This document shows positions 19,480 to 29,166 of a DNA stretch of 51,792 nt, one piece after another. The stretch is from a virus (Duplodnaviria; Caudoviricetes): IMG/VR virus record IMGVR_UViG_3300035659_000022, positions 1 through 51,792 of that record. The stretch is one strand, 5' to 3'. The notes beneath the pieces are model-generated. The model was not told the origin of the DNA and did not search any database. It saw only the letters and a program-made list of their open reading frames with translations. Each line of letters opens with the position of its first letter. Within the stretch, counting starts at the first letter, position 1. A program made the translations under genes and the position numbers.

Positions 19480-19813
19480 CGAGTGGGGCCTCTCCAGCCT
19501 TAACATCAGTAGCTGGCGGTGCGGAGGGTACAAACCAGTCGGGGTTCATCCTTTTAACGGCAAAGTACCACTTGTCCAACTCCGACGACGGCATGTCTAT
19601 GGCTTCTTGCAGGCTGGGGACTTTACCGGAAGAGCAGGCTAAGAGTTTGGGATACAGGACCAAATTGAAGGTCTGTAGTTTGCTATCCTCAAGGGGGTCC
19701 TTGGTAGCCTGCTCTTCTAGTTCCTGAAGTTTCATAGAGACGGCCCAGTTAGCCTCCGTTACGGTTACCTTAGTTCCATCTCGGAACTTGACAACTTCGC
19801 GGTTGAGTTCCAT
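19439..19813 (-). CDS. Tail assembly chaperone (gpG-like)
   Basis: ATG 19813 immediately after the tail tube stop; ends with GAA AAA AAA GAG slippery site. Confidence 0.75.
   Translation of the reverse strand: MELNREVVKFRDGTKVTVTEANWAVSMKLQELEEQATKDPLEDSKLQTFNLVLYPKLLACSSGKVPSLQEAIDMPSSELDKWYFAVKRMNPDWFVPSAPPATDVKAGEAPLEKKEKKPIKSTKD
19471..19480 (-). other. Programmed -1 ribosomal frameshift site (A AAA AAA G)
   Basis: Slippery heptamer at the canonical position between tail tube and tape measure genes, with an open -1 frame. Confidence 0.75.
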
Positions 19814-19814
19814 A

Positions 19815-20624
19815 TTAGTACTCGTAGATGCAAACGACGATCGCGCCAGTCCCAGGCTTCGGGCTTGGCGTAACTGCGAGAACGGTCTTGGTCCCAGCAT
19901 CCAAAACGCCATTCACGTACACCGCGTGAATCTTGGCGGTGGATACAGCAGGTTTGGCGACTGGGAGAAGGAACTCAACCTCGGTGTTATCGCCCAACCA
20001 GGCTACGATGTTTGGTCGGCCTTCAGCCATGCCTTCGACCACACCAGCTTCCAGACAACCATCATCCGCGATTGTGAAGGCCAGGCCCCACAAGTGCTGG
20101 GTTGTCGGGCTGATAGCGATCTCGTACTTGGTCTCAGCTGGGTTCTCGTTCATGCCAGGAGGGGCCGCGGAGACAACGCACTTCGGGACGACCTGATAGC
20201 GATATCGGCGACTGCGGCTGGTAGCGTCTTTGGCCTGCTGAGCGATGAACAGCGCTACGTCGGGCTCGGAACCTTGCTGGTCGGTATCCTGCGCGAGAAA
20301 CTGGCTCTCGCCCAAAGTCACCACTTTGACGCCAGCAATCATTGCGTCCAGGGTTAAGTCGCGACCCGCAACTGTTAACGTCCCGCCAGCACCTTCAATC
20401 GCCGGCAGGAAGTCGTGAGCCAACACGCGGTCGTTGCCTGAGTGGACGATCTTGCGGACGGCAGGAATATTGAGATCGAAGCTCTTGATGCCTAGGAGCT
20501 CAATACCTTCGTACGGAGTGTGTGCGGGTGCAATAGCCTTTGGGTATCCCAAGGCGTCCAACTCGAACAATATTGCTCGGCGCGCACCAACAGCATACAT
20601 CTCACCAGATACAACGCTAGTCAT
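19815..20624 (-). CDS. Major tail (tube) protein
   Basis: Gene order (before the chaperone and tape measure); 269 aa; GAGG RBS. Confidence 0.75.
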   Translation of the reverse strand: MTSVVSGEMYAVGARRAILFELDALGYPKAIAPAHTPYEGIELLGIKSFDLNIPAVRKIVHSGNDRVLAHDFLPAIEGAGGTLTVAGRDLTLDAMIAGVKVVTLGESQFLAQDTDQQGSEPDVALFIAQQAKDATSRSRRYRYQVVPKCVVSAAPPGMNENPAETKYEIAISPTTQHLWGLAFTIADDGCLEAGVVEGMAEGRPNIVAWLGDNTEVEFLLPVAKPAVSTAKIHAVYVNGVLDAGTKTVLAVTPSPKPGTGAIVVCIYEY

Positions 20625-20802
20625 TTCTCACCTCTTTCTCCTTGACGGACGGATAGGACTTGCCAGTAGAAGCAGGGGCGTCGATCACTGCTACTTTTGA
20701 ACCCCTGCAGGTACAGTACGCTACCTGCCTACCTGGCTTGTCAGGATGCGGCTCAAGTTCAACCATCTTGCCGCAAATGGGACACTTCACTTTGTCTGTC
20801 AT
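20617..20802 (-). CDS. Small zinc-ribbon protein
   Basis: AAAGGAG RBS, ATG 20802; CPICG...CTC. Confidence 0.55.
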   Translation of the reverse strand: MTDKVKCPICGKMVELEPHPDKPGRQVAYCTCRGSKVAVIDAPASTGKSYPSVKEKEVRND

Positions 20803-20818
20803 AACGTCTCCTTTCGAA

Positions 20819-21292
20819 CTAGAATTCACCTTCTGAATAGTGGATGTATTGCGTGATGATAGCTCTGACCGTCTGGATGATAAAATTAGGGGTAGCATCT
20901 GGCGCATCAGAGAACTTCAAGTACTGAGCCCGCTCGTCGCCGGTTAGGTCGGCACGAACAACACCTGGAGTGTCGTTAAGGGTTGGGTGCTCCATTAGCA
21001 AGTTGAATATGGCAGAACGGAATGCTTTGAACTTGTTCCAAGACTCCTTGTAGTCCTTATACGCTACATAAAGGTCCACCACGACTGACCAGTTAACAGT
21101 AGCAAGCTGCTCTGTTTGCCTTGTGAAAGGAAAAGCACCAGGACGGCAGATTGCAAAGTATTCCGCACCCTTCATGAGAACTGAATCATCGTCGGCAACT
21201 TGCCAGTCATGCTTGAAGTACGTGGTTAATGACCTTAGTAAAGTCATTAAGCCCGCTTCGCACTCACAGTAAAAATCTGGCGTTGGGGTCAT
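20819..21292 (-). CDS. Tail terminator / completion protein
   Basis: Gene order and size (157 aa) before the tail tube. Confidence 0.55.
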   Translation of the reverse strand: MTPTPDFYCECEAGLMTLLRSLTTYFKHDWQVADDDSVLMKGAEYFAICRPGAFPFTRQTEQLATVNWSVVVDLYVAYKDYKESWNKFKAFRSAIFNLLMEHPTLNDTPGVVRADLTGDERAQYLKFSDAPDATPNFIIQTVRAIITQYIHYSEGEF

Positions 21293-21798
21293 TCAGTCTC
21301 CGAATCTTCACTTGCCCAGCCTTGCACGCCTCTGGCAACAAACTTCCTCAGGTTCTCTACAACGGCCTTAGGTAACAAGTTCACAACTGCATCGATTGCA
21401 TCTCGGAATAAAGGCCACCTCCCGGCATGAATGCGGGATTGCCCTAGCCCGCTTAAGAGGCCGCCAATGTACTTAGCGGACCACACCGAGTTAATAACGG
21501 TATAGCTTTGAAGGGTGTTTTGGACAACCTTCCAACCGCTTATGTAACGATCCGTCCGCACTGTCGGTATGCCATGACCAAAGCCGCCCGACGCGAAAAA
21601 TGCTTTCTTCTGTTTGTTGCTATCCCATGGAACAGGATAGACGATCGGTTTGCCAGGCACTTGCATCAGGTCTCTCACATCTTCTGCCGCGTGGCGTAAC
21701 CGCTTACGACCAATCTTAGGTATAGCTCCTCTAAGGTGCTCAAGGCCTTGGCGCACTATCGGGATGTTAGTCCTAATGCGAAAAGTTACTTGCGGCAT
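21289..21798 (-). CDS. Neck / tail completion protein (HK97 gp10-like position)
   Basis: Basic 169-aa protein with RTDRY...W...IHAGRW; gene order. Confidence 0.5.
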   Translation of the reverse strand: MPQVTFRIRTNIPIVRQGLEHLRGAIPKIGRKRLRHAAEDVRDLMQVPGKPIVYPVPWDSNKQKKAFFASGGFGHGIPTVRTDRYISGWKVVQNTLQSYTVINSVWSAKYIGGLLSGLGQSRIHAGRWPLFRDAIDAVVNLLPKAVVENLRKFVARGVQGWASEDSETE

Positions 21799-23912
21799 TA
21801 GAGTTGCCTCACTGCAGGTACAGAGAAAGCGACTAGCTCCTCACCTGTTGGCGACCACGGAACACCGAGTTGTTTGAGAGCTGTCGTCCACTCTTTAACC
21901 CAGTTCCCAATTTGTTGGTTGACCAGAATCATTGGAGACAGCCCACGCGCGACTACCTTCTCGGTAAACAGCCGACCGCTTGAATTTGCTGCGTGACAGA
22001 GATCTGCAACAACGGAGGTCACTAACAAGTCAATTGCCCTTGCAGCATCTGCCTGCACGACAGGTGTGCTAAACCCCGCTCCTCGGAGGGCCATATCGAC
22101 CATGGAGGAGATACTATAAAGCCAAGTACTGACTTGTGCCAGCGTAGGGTTGGTACCAGGGACTTCAGGATCCGGGCCTATGGGCGGTACGGTGTTATAC
22201 CACGCCCCGTCCCTTGTCCACATTTTCGCTAATGCCGATACCTCCGCCACAGTTCCGTAATGCGTAACTATTGCTACAGTACCGAAGGCCGCTGCACTAG
22301 GAATCCCAATTAGCGATATGTCAATTGTATGAATGACGTTGGGGTGACCGAAAGCTTCCTTGGTAGCAATCGACACCATGGACATGTAGTAAGTGTATAT
22401 GGCGTGTGCTAGACCGAAAGCTTCTTCACTTTCGATGCCGACTAAGGATAGTCTTGCCTGCGTGCTTGGTGGGCCGAAAGCTTCTTCGCTAGTTATCCCC
22501 GTTACAGATATGCTAGTAGCCAGGTCAGGCGCGCCAAGCGCTTCTTCACTCGTAATCGAGACCGGAGACATGGCAACGGACAATGTGGGGGACCCAAAGG
22601 TCACACCGCTTGCAATTCCGGCCAGAGACATGTCCACGGACGCTGCTGGAGATCCTAAGGCTTCTTCACTTGCAATTCCGGTTACAGACACGCCTGCAGA
22701 CACGACAGGTGTGCCAGAGGCTTCCTCACTTACTATTCCAACCGCGGCTATGTCGACAGCGAGGTCTGGAGAACCGAGCGCTTCCTCGCTTGGTATTCCT
22801 ATCGCGTATACATCAGTAAGATCCGGCTCACCGAAAGCTTCTGCTCCGGCGATCGATACTGCGTCCACTTCTGCGGCTACTTCAGGAGACCCGAGAGCTT
22901 CTTCGCTGGTAATACCTACCACCGACATATCAGTATCGAGGCTCGGAGAACCTAACGCCTCTTCACTAGCGATCCCTGTTACAGATACGGTTGCAGCTAG
23001 TACAGGTTCGCCGATTACTTCTTCGCTAGCGATAGCACCTAAACCTGCTGTATCGACGGTAAGTGCAGGTACGCCGAATGTCGCTCCACTTGCAATCCCG
23101 GTTGGGGACAGATCTACTGCAAGCGCGGGTGAACCAAAAGCCTCTCCGGTAGCAATTCCAGCTGGTGATATAACTTTGGTCACTACAGGTTCACCTACTG
23201 CTTCTTCGCTAGCAATAGCGCCTACGCTGGATATATCAACGGCGAGGTCAGGAGAACCAACCGCTTCTATACTAGCAATACCTGTCAGGAATGTGTCAAC
23301 AGCAAGTGTAGGCGAGCCAAACGCTTCTTCGCTTGCAATTGCCGCTCCAACTAAGTTTACGTCAAGAGGCAGATCAGGCTCGCCTAGCGCCTCTTCACTT
23401 GCAATCCCTGCGAGAGATATGTCTGCGTCAAGCACAGGCTCGCCGATTGCTTCTACACTGGCAATACCTGTGGGAGCAATGTTAGTAGCGAGTGAGGGGG
23501 TGCCGAAAGCTTCAGCACTTGCGATGCTCGTTAGGGATGTGTCGATAGCAAGCGCTGGAGACCCGAATGCTTCTGTACTGGCAATCCCCGCTGGGGACGT
23601 CTCCACAGTAAGTACAGGAGACCCGAATGCTTCTGCACTAGCGATTCCAGTCGCATGTACATCAGTCAAGTCTGGAGAGCCGAATACTTCTTCACTGGTA
23701 ATTGAGGCTACGGATAAATCAATAATAACATCTGGAGAACCCAACGCTTCCACACTGGCTATCCCAACCGCGTGCACATCACGGAGGTCAGGCAAGCCAA
23801 AAGCTTCCGCGCTTACGATCGAAGCAGCGGATAAGTCAATGCTTGCATCAGGAGAACCAAAAGCTTCCGTACTGGCAATCGCTCCGACGTCAGTTAGGTC
23901 GATATCAGCCAT
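21798..23912 (-). CDS. Head-tail connector-like domain fused to 27 tandem ~20-aa acidic repeats (GIASEEAFGSP)
   Basis: Repeats over about residues 10-545; the C-terminal ~155 aa begin YGTVAEV...VDMALRGAGFSTPV, like helical head-tail adaptors. Confidence 0.65.
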   Translation of the reverse strand: MADIDLTDVGAIASTEAFGSPDASIDLSAASIVSAEAFGLPDLRDVHAVGIASVEALGSPDVIIDLSVASITSEEVFGSPDLTDVHATGIASAEAFGSPVLTVETSPAGIASTEAFGSPALAIDTSLTSIASAEAFGTPSLATNIAPTGIASVEAIGEPVLDADISLAGIASEEALGEPDLPLDVNLVGAAIASEEAFGSPTLAVDTFLTGIASIEAVGSPDLAVDISSVGAIASEEAVGEPVVTKVISPAGIATGEAFGSPALAVDLSPTGIASGATFGVPALTVDTAGLGAIASEEVIGEPVLAATVSVTGIASEEALGSPSLDTDMSVVGITSEEALGSPEVAAEVDAVSIAGAEAFGEPDLTDVYAIGIPSEEALGSPDLAVDIAAVGIVSEEASGTPVVSAGVSVTGIASEEALGSPAASVDMSLAGIASGVTFGSPTLSVAMSPVSITSEEALGAPDLATSISVTGITSEEAFGPPSTQARLSLVGIESEEAFGLAHAIYTYYMSMVSIATKEAFGHPNVIHTIDISLIGIPSAAAFGTVAIVTHYGTVAEVSALAKMWTRDGAWYNTVPPIGPDPEVPGTNPTLAQVSTWLYSISSMVDMALRGAGFSTPVVQADAARAIDLLVTSVVADLCHAANSSGRLFTEKVVARGLSPMILVNQQIGNWVKEWTTALKQLGVPWSPTGEELVAFSVPAVRQL

Positions 23913-23928
23913 AGCTATACCTCAAACA

Positions 23929-23958
23929 GGTGGTAGCAGGCCCCCGCCTGCTACCATC
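23929..23958. terminator. Intergenic hairpin
   Basis: GGTGGTAGCAGG-N6-CCTGCTACCATC. Confidence 0.5.
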
Positions 23959-23967
23959 ATCTCGTGG

Positions 23968-24375
23968 TTATAACTTGAAGATCAGGTTCGCGCCGACATC
24001 CCAGGCGATGTTGACGGTCTGTCCGGCCGCAGGCGTGAACGGCAGGCCAGTACCTACGTCGATGTAGGCGATCAGGCGAGCATCGGCATCGGCGGCGGCG
24101 TACTTGTAAATCACAAGCGCGTCGCTAGCCAGGGCGGCCGTGGCAACCAGTGAGGTACCTGCCGCGCCGGCAACACCGTCGGCGACAGTCTTGGTGCCAA
24201 GCGCAGCCGTACGACCGTTGTCGTTCGTGGCTGGGATAAGATCGGCGACGTCGTTGTCGTCCGCGTCGAAGATGTAGGTGTCCAAGACGAGCATGACGCG
24301 GATATCGTCGGTATCCCAGTCAATGCTGCCGTCAAGGAAGCCTTCGCGTCCTTTGTTGTACAATGCACTAGCCAT
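23968..24375 (-). CDS. Virion structural protein
   Basis: AGGAG RBS; MASALYNKGREGFLDGSIDWDTDDIRVML; capsid-like high-expression codon usage. Confidence 0.65.
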   Translation of the reverse strand: MASALYNKGREGFLDGSIDWDTDDIRVMLVLDTYIFDADDNDVADLIPATNDNGRTAALGTKTVADGVAGAAGTSLVATAALASDALVIYKYAAADADARLIAYIDVGTGLPFTPAAGQTVNIAWDVGANLIFKL

Positions 24376-24421
24376 AGTTACTTCTCCTTATGCTTATTCC
24401 AATAGGTAGGCTCAGGCAGTT

Positions 24422-24640
24422 TTACTTCTTAGCCGCCTTTGCCTTTTTAGAGCCAGGAACTTCGCCGACAACTTCCACGGAAACAGTCGGTTGAGCAATA
24501 GCGCTCACCGGCGCGGGAGCCGGGGTTGGCAAGTTCAATACAGTTTGAGCGACTTCGTCCGAAATCGGCTTGCCGTCGGCGTCATGATACTTGCCGTTCG
24601 CGCCCTTGTAGAGGCCACCAGGAATCTTTGCAGTTGCCAT
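24422..24640 (-). CDS. Small head-associated hypothetical protein
   Basis: AGGAG RBS; Pro/Ala linker and Lys tail; after the capsid gene. Confidence 0.6.
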   Translation of the reverse strand: MATAKIPGGLYKGANGKYHDADGKPISDEVAQTVLNLPTPAPAPVSAIAQPTVSVEVVGEVPGSKKAKAAKK

Positions 24641-24646
24641 AGTTGT

Positions 24647-24775
24647 TCATCTCCTTTTCTTGGGCTTCCATCCGGTTTTCCGGAGGGTGCCATAAATGTA
24701 CCGCAAGCGAGCCTTTCCTTTGAGGTGCTTACGCCTTGCTTGTTTTTTGAGCTTACGTTCTAGCACTTTTGGCAT
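24647..24775 (-). CDS. 42-aa highly basic peptide (missing from the ORF track)
   Basis: AAGGAG RBS; MPKVLERKLKKQARRKHLKGKARLRYIYGTLRKTGWKPKKRR*. Confidence 0.65.
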   Translation of the reverse strand: MPKVLERKLKKQARRKHLKGKARLRYIYGTLRKTGWKPKKRR

Positions 24776-24787
24776 CTACATCTCCTT

Positions 24788-24819
24788 GGATGACGGGAGC
24801 TGGAGGTCTCCCGTCATCC
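24788..24819. terminator. Hairpin after the major capsid gene
   Basis: GGATGACGGGAG-N8-CTCCCGTCATCC. Confidence 0.6.
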
Positions 24820-24836
24820 TAACGCGGGAGCGGCGT

Positions 24837-25901
24837 TTACGTGATAGTGGGGCTGGTGTAGCTAGCACCACTGGCGAAGAAGAGCAGGGCGCCGTTGGTA
24901 CGTGTCCAAACACCGAGGCCGAACTCTGCTTCCATGATCCTGGCAAACAAAGGATAGTCGCCATTCTCGGCCGCAATATACAAGCCTGAGAGACCTGCGC
25001 CAGCTCTCTGGCGGAAAGCGAGCGGTTTCTCTGGAGACATTGCGTCCCATGCGAACAAGTAGTTCGCAATGGCCCAGGACTTCACCCACACCTCGGCGCC
25101 ATTGAAGATGCCGATAGCCCGATTGTCCAAGCGGGCGATGTCCAAGGTGGTACCTGGGGTATCCGAAGCCCTATAGATGATGCGGGGATCCGGATAAGGT
25201 ACGAAACCTGTCAGTGGGGCGCGGAACGCAGCCTCATCAGTCTTACTGATCGCCAACTTAACCATCCCCCCGTGGCCGTGTTCGATGACGTCGTTGATGC
25301 AGGCCAAGGCGACCGCCGCGGTCAGAGACGCATTGTAGTCAAAATGCGTGTGGGTCGTGGGGTCATAAATCTCTCCGTTCGGGCCATTCGGAATTGCAAC
25401 GGAGTCCGCGTTCAGGAAGCGCTTGATGGCCAACGCGACGCCGTCCACCAAGTGATCGTTGAACGCATAGTTCGCTGCCCCGTAGACGGCCTTCTTGATC
25501 TCTTTCTCGACCTTGCGCCAGTGAGCCGCTTCGGCTGCGAGTACCATCGTCGCCATATCGGCCGGCGTGTGGTTCTGCAGCCACTTGTACGTCCAACCAA
25601 CGTTGTACTGGAACAACCGTAGCGGGAAGCCAACGGTCGCACCTGGCTGTGAGCGTTGAGTCGGCGCCTTGCCGTACTCATCCACCTCAACCATTTCGCC
25701 ACCAGCGGACGTACCGTAAATGCGTTGGCGGTCGGTAGTGAACTCGCACATCTCGCCAGCCATCTCGGTAACGATGGCGTTATGTGCGTCAATATCGGCT
25801 TGGAGGACCTTCGCGATCGTATCCAGTCCGAACTCGACAGCGCTTGAGAAACGCGCAGCTAACAGATCATTGATATCGTGGGCACCAGTTTGGAGTGGCA
25901 T
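24837..25901 (-). CDS. Major capsid protein
   Basis: 354 aa after scaffold and decoration genes; GAGGTG RBS; strong C-ending codon bias; followed by a hairpin. Confidence 0.8.
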   Translation of the reverse strand: MPLQTGAHDINDLLAARFSSAVEFGLDTIAKVLQADIDAHNAIVTEMAGEMCEFTTDRQRIYGTSAGGEMVEVDEYGKAPTQRSQPGATVGFPLRLFQYNVGWTYKWLQNHTPADMATMVLAAEAAHWRKVEKEIKKAVYGAANYAFNDHLVDGVALAIKRFLNADSVAIPNGPNGEIYDPTTHTHFDYNASLTAAVALACINDVIEHGHGGMVKLAISKTDEAAFRAPLTGFVPYPDPRIIYRASDTPGTTLDIARLDNRAIGIFNGAEVWVKSWAIANYLFAWDAMSPEKPLAFRQRAGAGLSGLYIAAENGDYPLFARIMEAEFGLGVWTRTNGALLFFASGASYTSPTIT

Positions 25902-25913
25902 GTCATCACCTCT

Positions 25914-26804
25914 TTATGCAGACCGGACGCCCAGAATGACGACTTCGACGGCCACATTAAGAGCACCGCCGCCCTTGGCTGCAGAAATCGTAACAGTAGC
26001 ACCAGCAGCAACCAGGAGGTTGGCTGGGACCAATGCGGCAGGCCGGATAACCGCACCGACTGCAGCCGTCTTGGGGGTAGCTGCGAAGATCGAACCAGCG
26101 GTCTGGGCAGCAGCGATAGTATCGGTAGTAGCGTGCGCAGCGACACCGAGGTTACGGAACCAGATGTCGAGGATCTGCGTCTTGTGAGTGAGCACAAGAG
26201 TCGTATCGGCAACTGCATCAGCAATCGCGATACGGTGAACCACTGGAATGCCTCCGATGACGTTGACGTCAGCGACGAACTTGGCCACCAAGCCTGTAAG
26301 CCCTGCGCCTGCAGCGCCTACAGCCAGCTTAGCTTGGGTCACACCAAGATCCGCGAGCTCAGTCTCACCGATGGTGCCTGCACCAACGGTTGCTGAGGTC
26401 AACTTTGGTACGAAGACGCGCATGATCACAATATCCGTTGCAGTCACCGCAACAGCATACCCAAACGCGTCACCGGTTGTGGCAGCGGGGTCAAGGCGAC
26501 CAGCGGTTGCACTCAGGTAAAGGATATCTCCTGGGGTGAGTAGGCTGTCACTATATTTGAATCGGCTGCCCGGGCCGAACAACGTGACAGGCTGGCCAAT
26601 GACGACCGCACGAGGTGTGAAGCCTGCAACTTCAGCAGCTTCGTTCGCAGCGGCGCCAGTAGCCATGTATACTAGACTGTCGGAGCTCTTGATGTAGCAC
26701 GGAGCCACGATGTCTAGGGCCTCGCCAGCAATGAGACCTGCCAGGATTTGGTGCGCTTGGTTGAGGTCCATACTGGCAAGTGTACTACGTACAAATGGTG
26801 CCAT
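25914..26804 (-). CDS. Capsid decoration / head fibre protein
   Basis: N-terminal cement-like domain (AGEALD...GDILYLSATAG) plus Ala/Val-rich extension; between scaffold and capsid. Confidence 0.6.
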   Translation of the reverse strand: MAPFVRSTLASMDLNQAHQILAGLIAGEALDIVAPCYIKSSDSLVYMATGAAANEAAEVAGFTPRAVVIGQPVTLFGPGSRFKYSDSLLTPGDILYLSATAGRLDPAATTGDAFGYAVAVTATDIVIMRVFVPKLTSATVGAGTIGETELADLGVTQAKLAVGAAGAGLTGLVAKFVADVNVIGGIPVVHRIAIADAVADTTLVLTHKTQILDIWFRNLGVAAHATTDTIAAAQTAGSIFAATPKTAAVGAVIRPAALVPANLLVAAGATVTISAAKGGGALNVAVEVVILGVRSA

Positions 26805-26816
26805 GTGTTTCTCCTC

Positions 26817-27539
26817 TTACACCGGATGGTATATACCGCGGGCGCGTTTCTTCTTCATGATTTCTTCTTTGGATGCACCCTTTCGGGGGCCTCCGCGCTC
26901 GCCCGCGTTGAGGTTGAAGTGCCCTACAATAGGCTCTCCAACCAAATGGGGTTTTGCTTTCAGTAACGCCTTCAAGACCGTTTCTACATCGTCCTCATCT
27001 ACGTTCCCATCGTCGTCGATCTCCAACTCATCGATGTCGGTGAAGACAACAGCATCTTGCACGTCTGCGAAGCCCAACTTCGCAGCCACGGCTCTGATGA
27101 CGCCTTTAGCCTTTTCGACTTGCAACCCCTTTTCGAGTACTACAACTTTGGCCTCAGCCGCTTCCTTAGCCGCCTTGACCTTATCTGCCTCACTCGTCGT
27201 GGCTGCTATACGAGCAGCTTCGGCAGTTTCGAGCACAGCAAGCTTCTTCGCGTCACCTTTGTGCGTCTTGTGGAACTCGCGTTCCTTACGAAGTCCTGAT
27301 AGCAACCCCTTGTTGTGTACAAGGTACGCTTTCTTCACTTCAGGTGTCGCGTCTGCGAGGAAATCAGGAACTTCCTCTTCCTCTTCCTCTTCCTCTTCCT
27401 CTTCCTCCGCCGCAGTAGCTTCGGCAGCAAGTCGGGCGGCTTCAGCCGCTAAGGCTGTGTTAGTAGGAGCTGCGTCCGCGGCCGTCTTGGCCGCTAGGGC
27501 TGCAGCTTGCGCTGCAGCAATCTCATCTTGTGTTGCCAT
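26817..27539 (-). CDS. Capsid scaffolding protein
   Basis: Acidic poly-Glu N-terminal region, coiled coil, KAKPHL motif; follows the portal. Confidence 0.75.
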   Translation of the reverse strand: MATQDEIAAAQAAALAAKTAADAAPTNTALAAEAARLAAEATAAEEEEEEEEEEEEVPDFLADATPEVKKAYLVHNKGLLSGLRKEREFHKTHKGDAKKLAVLETAEAARIAATTSEADKVKAAKEAAEAKVVVLEKGLQVEKAKGVIRAVAAKLGFADVQDAVVFTDIDELEIDDDGNVDEDDVETVLKALLKAKPHLVGEPIVGHFNLNAGERGGPRKGASKEEIMKKKRARGIYHPV

Positions 27540-27540
27540 G

Positions 27541-29166
27541 TTACACTTGTCCTTTTGGCTTCTCGCCAGTAGTTACCGGCTTCACGTCGGTAGTTTTGGT
27601 CGCAGGTATGAGCTTCACACCGGCGGTTTGTCGTGTCGGCAGCGTCGGCGCCATAGGCGCAAACAGCCAACTGAATTCTTGCGAAAGAGCGGCTAAGAAA
27701 GTTGCCGCTTCTGGTGTGGTGGATACCATTGGCCACAGCTTCACCAAGAACGCAAGGCGGTACGCGTCTGTCCGCTTCATATTCGTTATCTGCTCTTGAG
27801 TGTAGCCGGCCTCGTTCCAAATAGTCTCCTCGGGGACACCCAGGCCCAACTTCGCCTTAAGGTCATCCAACGTTTCGTTGTTCGACCAAATAGTTGAGAA
27901 CGTAATGAGCTCATCAAAGTTAGTGTTCCCAAACATATTGGCCACTTTACGAGCCATTTCCATACAGGCTTCCCAAGCATCCCCGAACAAAGTACGGCGA
28001 TCCTGAGCCTTCTTTTTCAACTGCGCGTTCTGTTCTTTAAGGGTCTCCGCGGATGCAATTAGTTTTGTCGTAGTAAAGCGTGCAGTAGGCGTACTCGTTA
28101 CCTGTGCTGCCATTAATACAAGATCTTTAAGTGCATCTACCAAGGGCGTCGGGTCACTACCAGTAACAACTTGTAATTTGCCGTCAGGATTCTGCGTGCC
28201 GATCCACTGACCTGCACCAACCTTGAGTAAATTCGACTTGTCGTCCTTTGGCGCCTCGCCGTCTGTGGTCGGGTACCATCCTAAGGCTACAAGCATTTGA
28301 AACGCAGTGAGGTCATTGCTGGCGAGGATGTCTATCAAGGTTTTGTTAATTGCATCCTGAATGGGAATCGCATCCCATGCTTCCGGAGTGAGGTTTACAT
28401 TGCGGAAATGAATTACAGCTATGCCTACGGGTTTACCGTCTCTACCTAACCACGGAATCGGCCACGGCTCCGGGGGGACACTCGGATCCATCGAAGGAGG
28501 CTCTATATACTTCTCCCAAGCAGCTCCTGAGTACGTCCACTTCTCAATGCGATCAGGATAATAAATAGTACGCCGAATGGCCGAAGACGCCTGACCGGTC
28601 TCTTTGTCATAGTCCGTTTGTATCCACTGCTTAACGGCACACCTAGCAGGCTGATTTACATCGTCGTTCTCGTAAAGCATCCAACAGCCTTGCCCATCAC
28701 CTTCTGCATCTAGTGAAGTGTATTTGTAATTGTGGATGAGCCTCGGGCGCAATCTTGCATAATCAAAATCAACAATAATAAAGGTCTCGCGGTCTGAAAG
28801 AGCCGACTCATGCACTTCCGCCTGCACCGCATCCATGCGATTCTTAGTCCAAAGGTCCCAAGCCCAAGCTGCCTGCGCTTTGACACCCCCAGCATCGGCA
28901 ATCTCGCTTGTATTGAAACCGCTCACCGATAGCTCGTCCTTAACAGCAAGCGTTATCGTACGGCAAACATTGAGGTTGAACTTTCTAATTGCTGTGTGAA
29001 GGTCAAGGAACACCTTCACACGGTCTGTCATGTACGTATCTTGATCGCCGTTGTGGTACTTTCGGGCAAGGACTACAATAGCATCGTCATCCTTGACAGC
29101 AGCAATCAACGCGTCAATATAGGACATGTCGACGGTTTCAATGGGTACGGAACTGGCCAATGCCAT
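27541..29166 (-). CDS. Portal protein (SPP1 gp6-like)
   Basis: 541 aa after TerL; YHNGDQ, NVCRTI, IHFRN, IQDAIN, SAETLK. Confidence 0.85.
   Translation of the reverse strand: MALASSVPIETVDMSYIDALIAAVKDDDAIVVLARKYHNGDQDTYMTDRVKVFLDLHTAIRKFNLNVCRTITLAVKDELSVSGFNTSEIADAGGVKAQAAWAWDLWTKNRMDAVQAEVHESALSDRETFIIVDFDYARLRPRLIHNYKYTSLDAEGDGQGCWMLYENDDVNQPARCAVKQWIQTDYDKETGQASSAIRRTIYYPDRIEKWTYSGAAWEKYIEPPSMDPSVPPEPWPIPWLGRDGKPVGIAVIHFRNVNLTPEAWDAIPIQDAINKTLIDILASNDLTAFQMLVALGWYPTTDGEAPKDDKSNLLKVGAGQWIGTQNPDGKLQVVTGSDPTPLVDALKDLVLMAAQVTSTPTARFTTTKLIASAETLKEQNAQLKKKAQDRRTLFGDAWEACMEMARKVANMFGNTNFDELITFSTIWSNNETLDDLKAKLGLGVPEETIWNEAGYTQEQITNMKRTDAYRLAFLVKLWPMVSTTPEAATFLAALSQEFSWLFAPMAPTLPTRQTAGVKLIPATKTTDVKPVTTGEKPKGQV

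Noticed and set aside
22393-23973. 526-aa plus-strand ORF
   Set aside because: Antisense shadow of the repetitive neck protein; no RBS and opposite to the late operon.
27372-27407. (GAGGAA)n-type simple repeat
   Set aside because: It simply encodes the acidic poly-Glu tract common in scaffold proteins.
26710-27696. 328-aa plus-strand ORF with poly-Ser
   Set aside because: Antisense shadow of the scaffold gene; the poly-Ser mirrors its poly-Glu.
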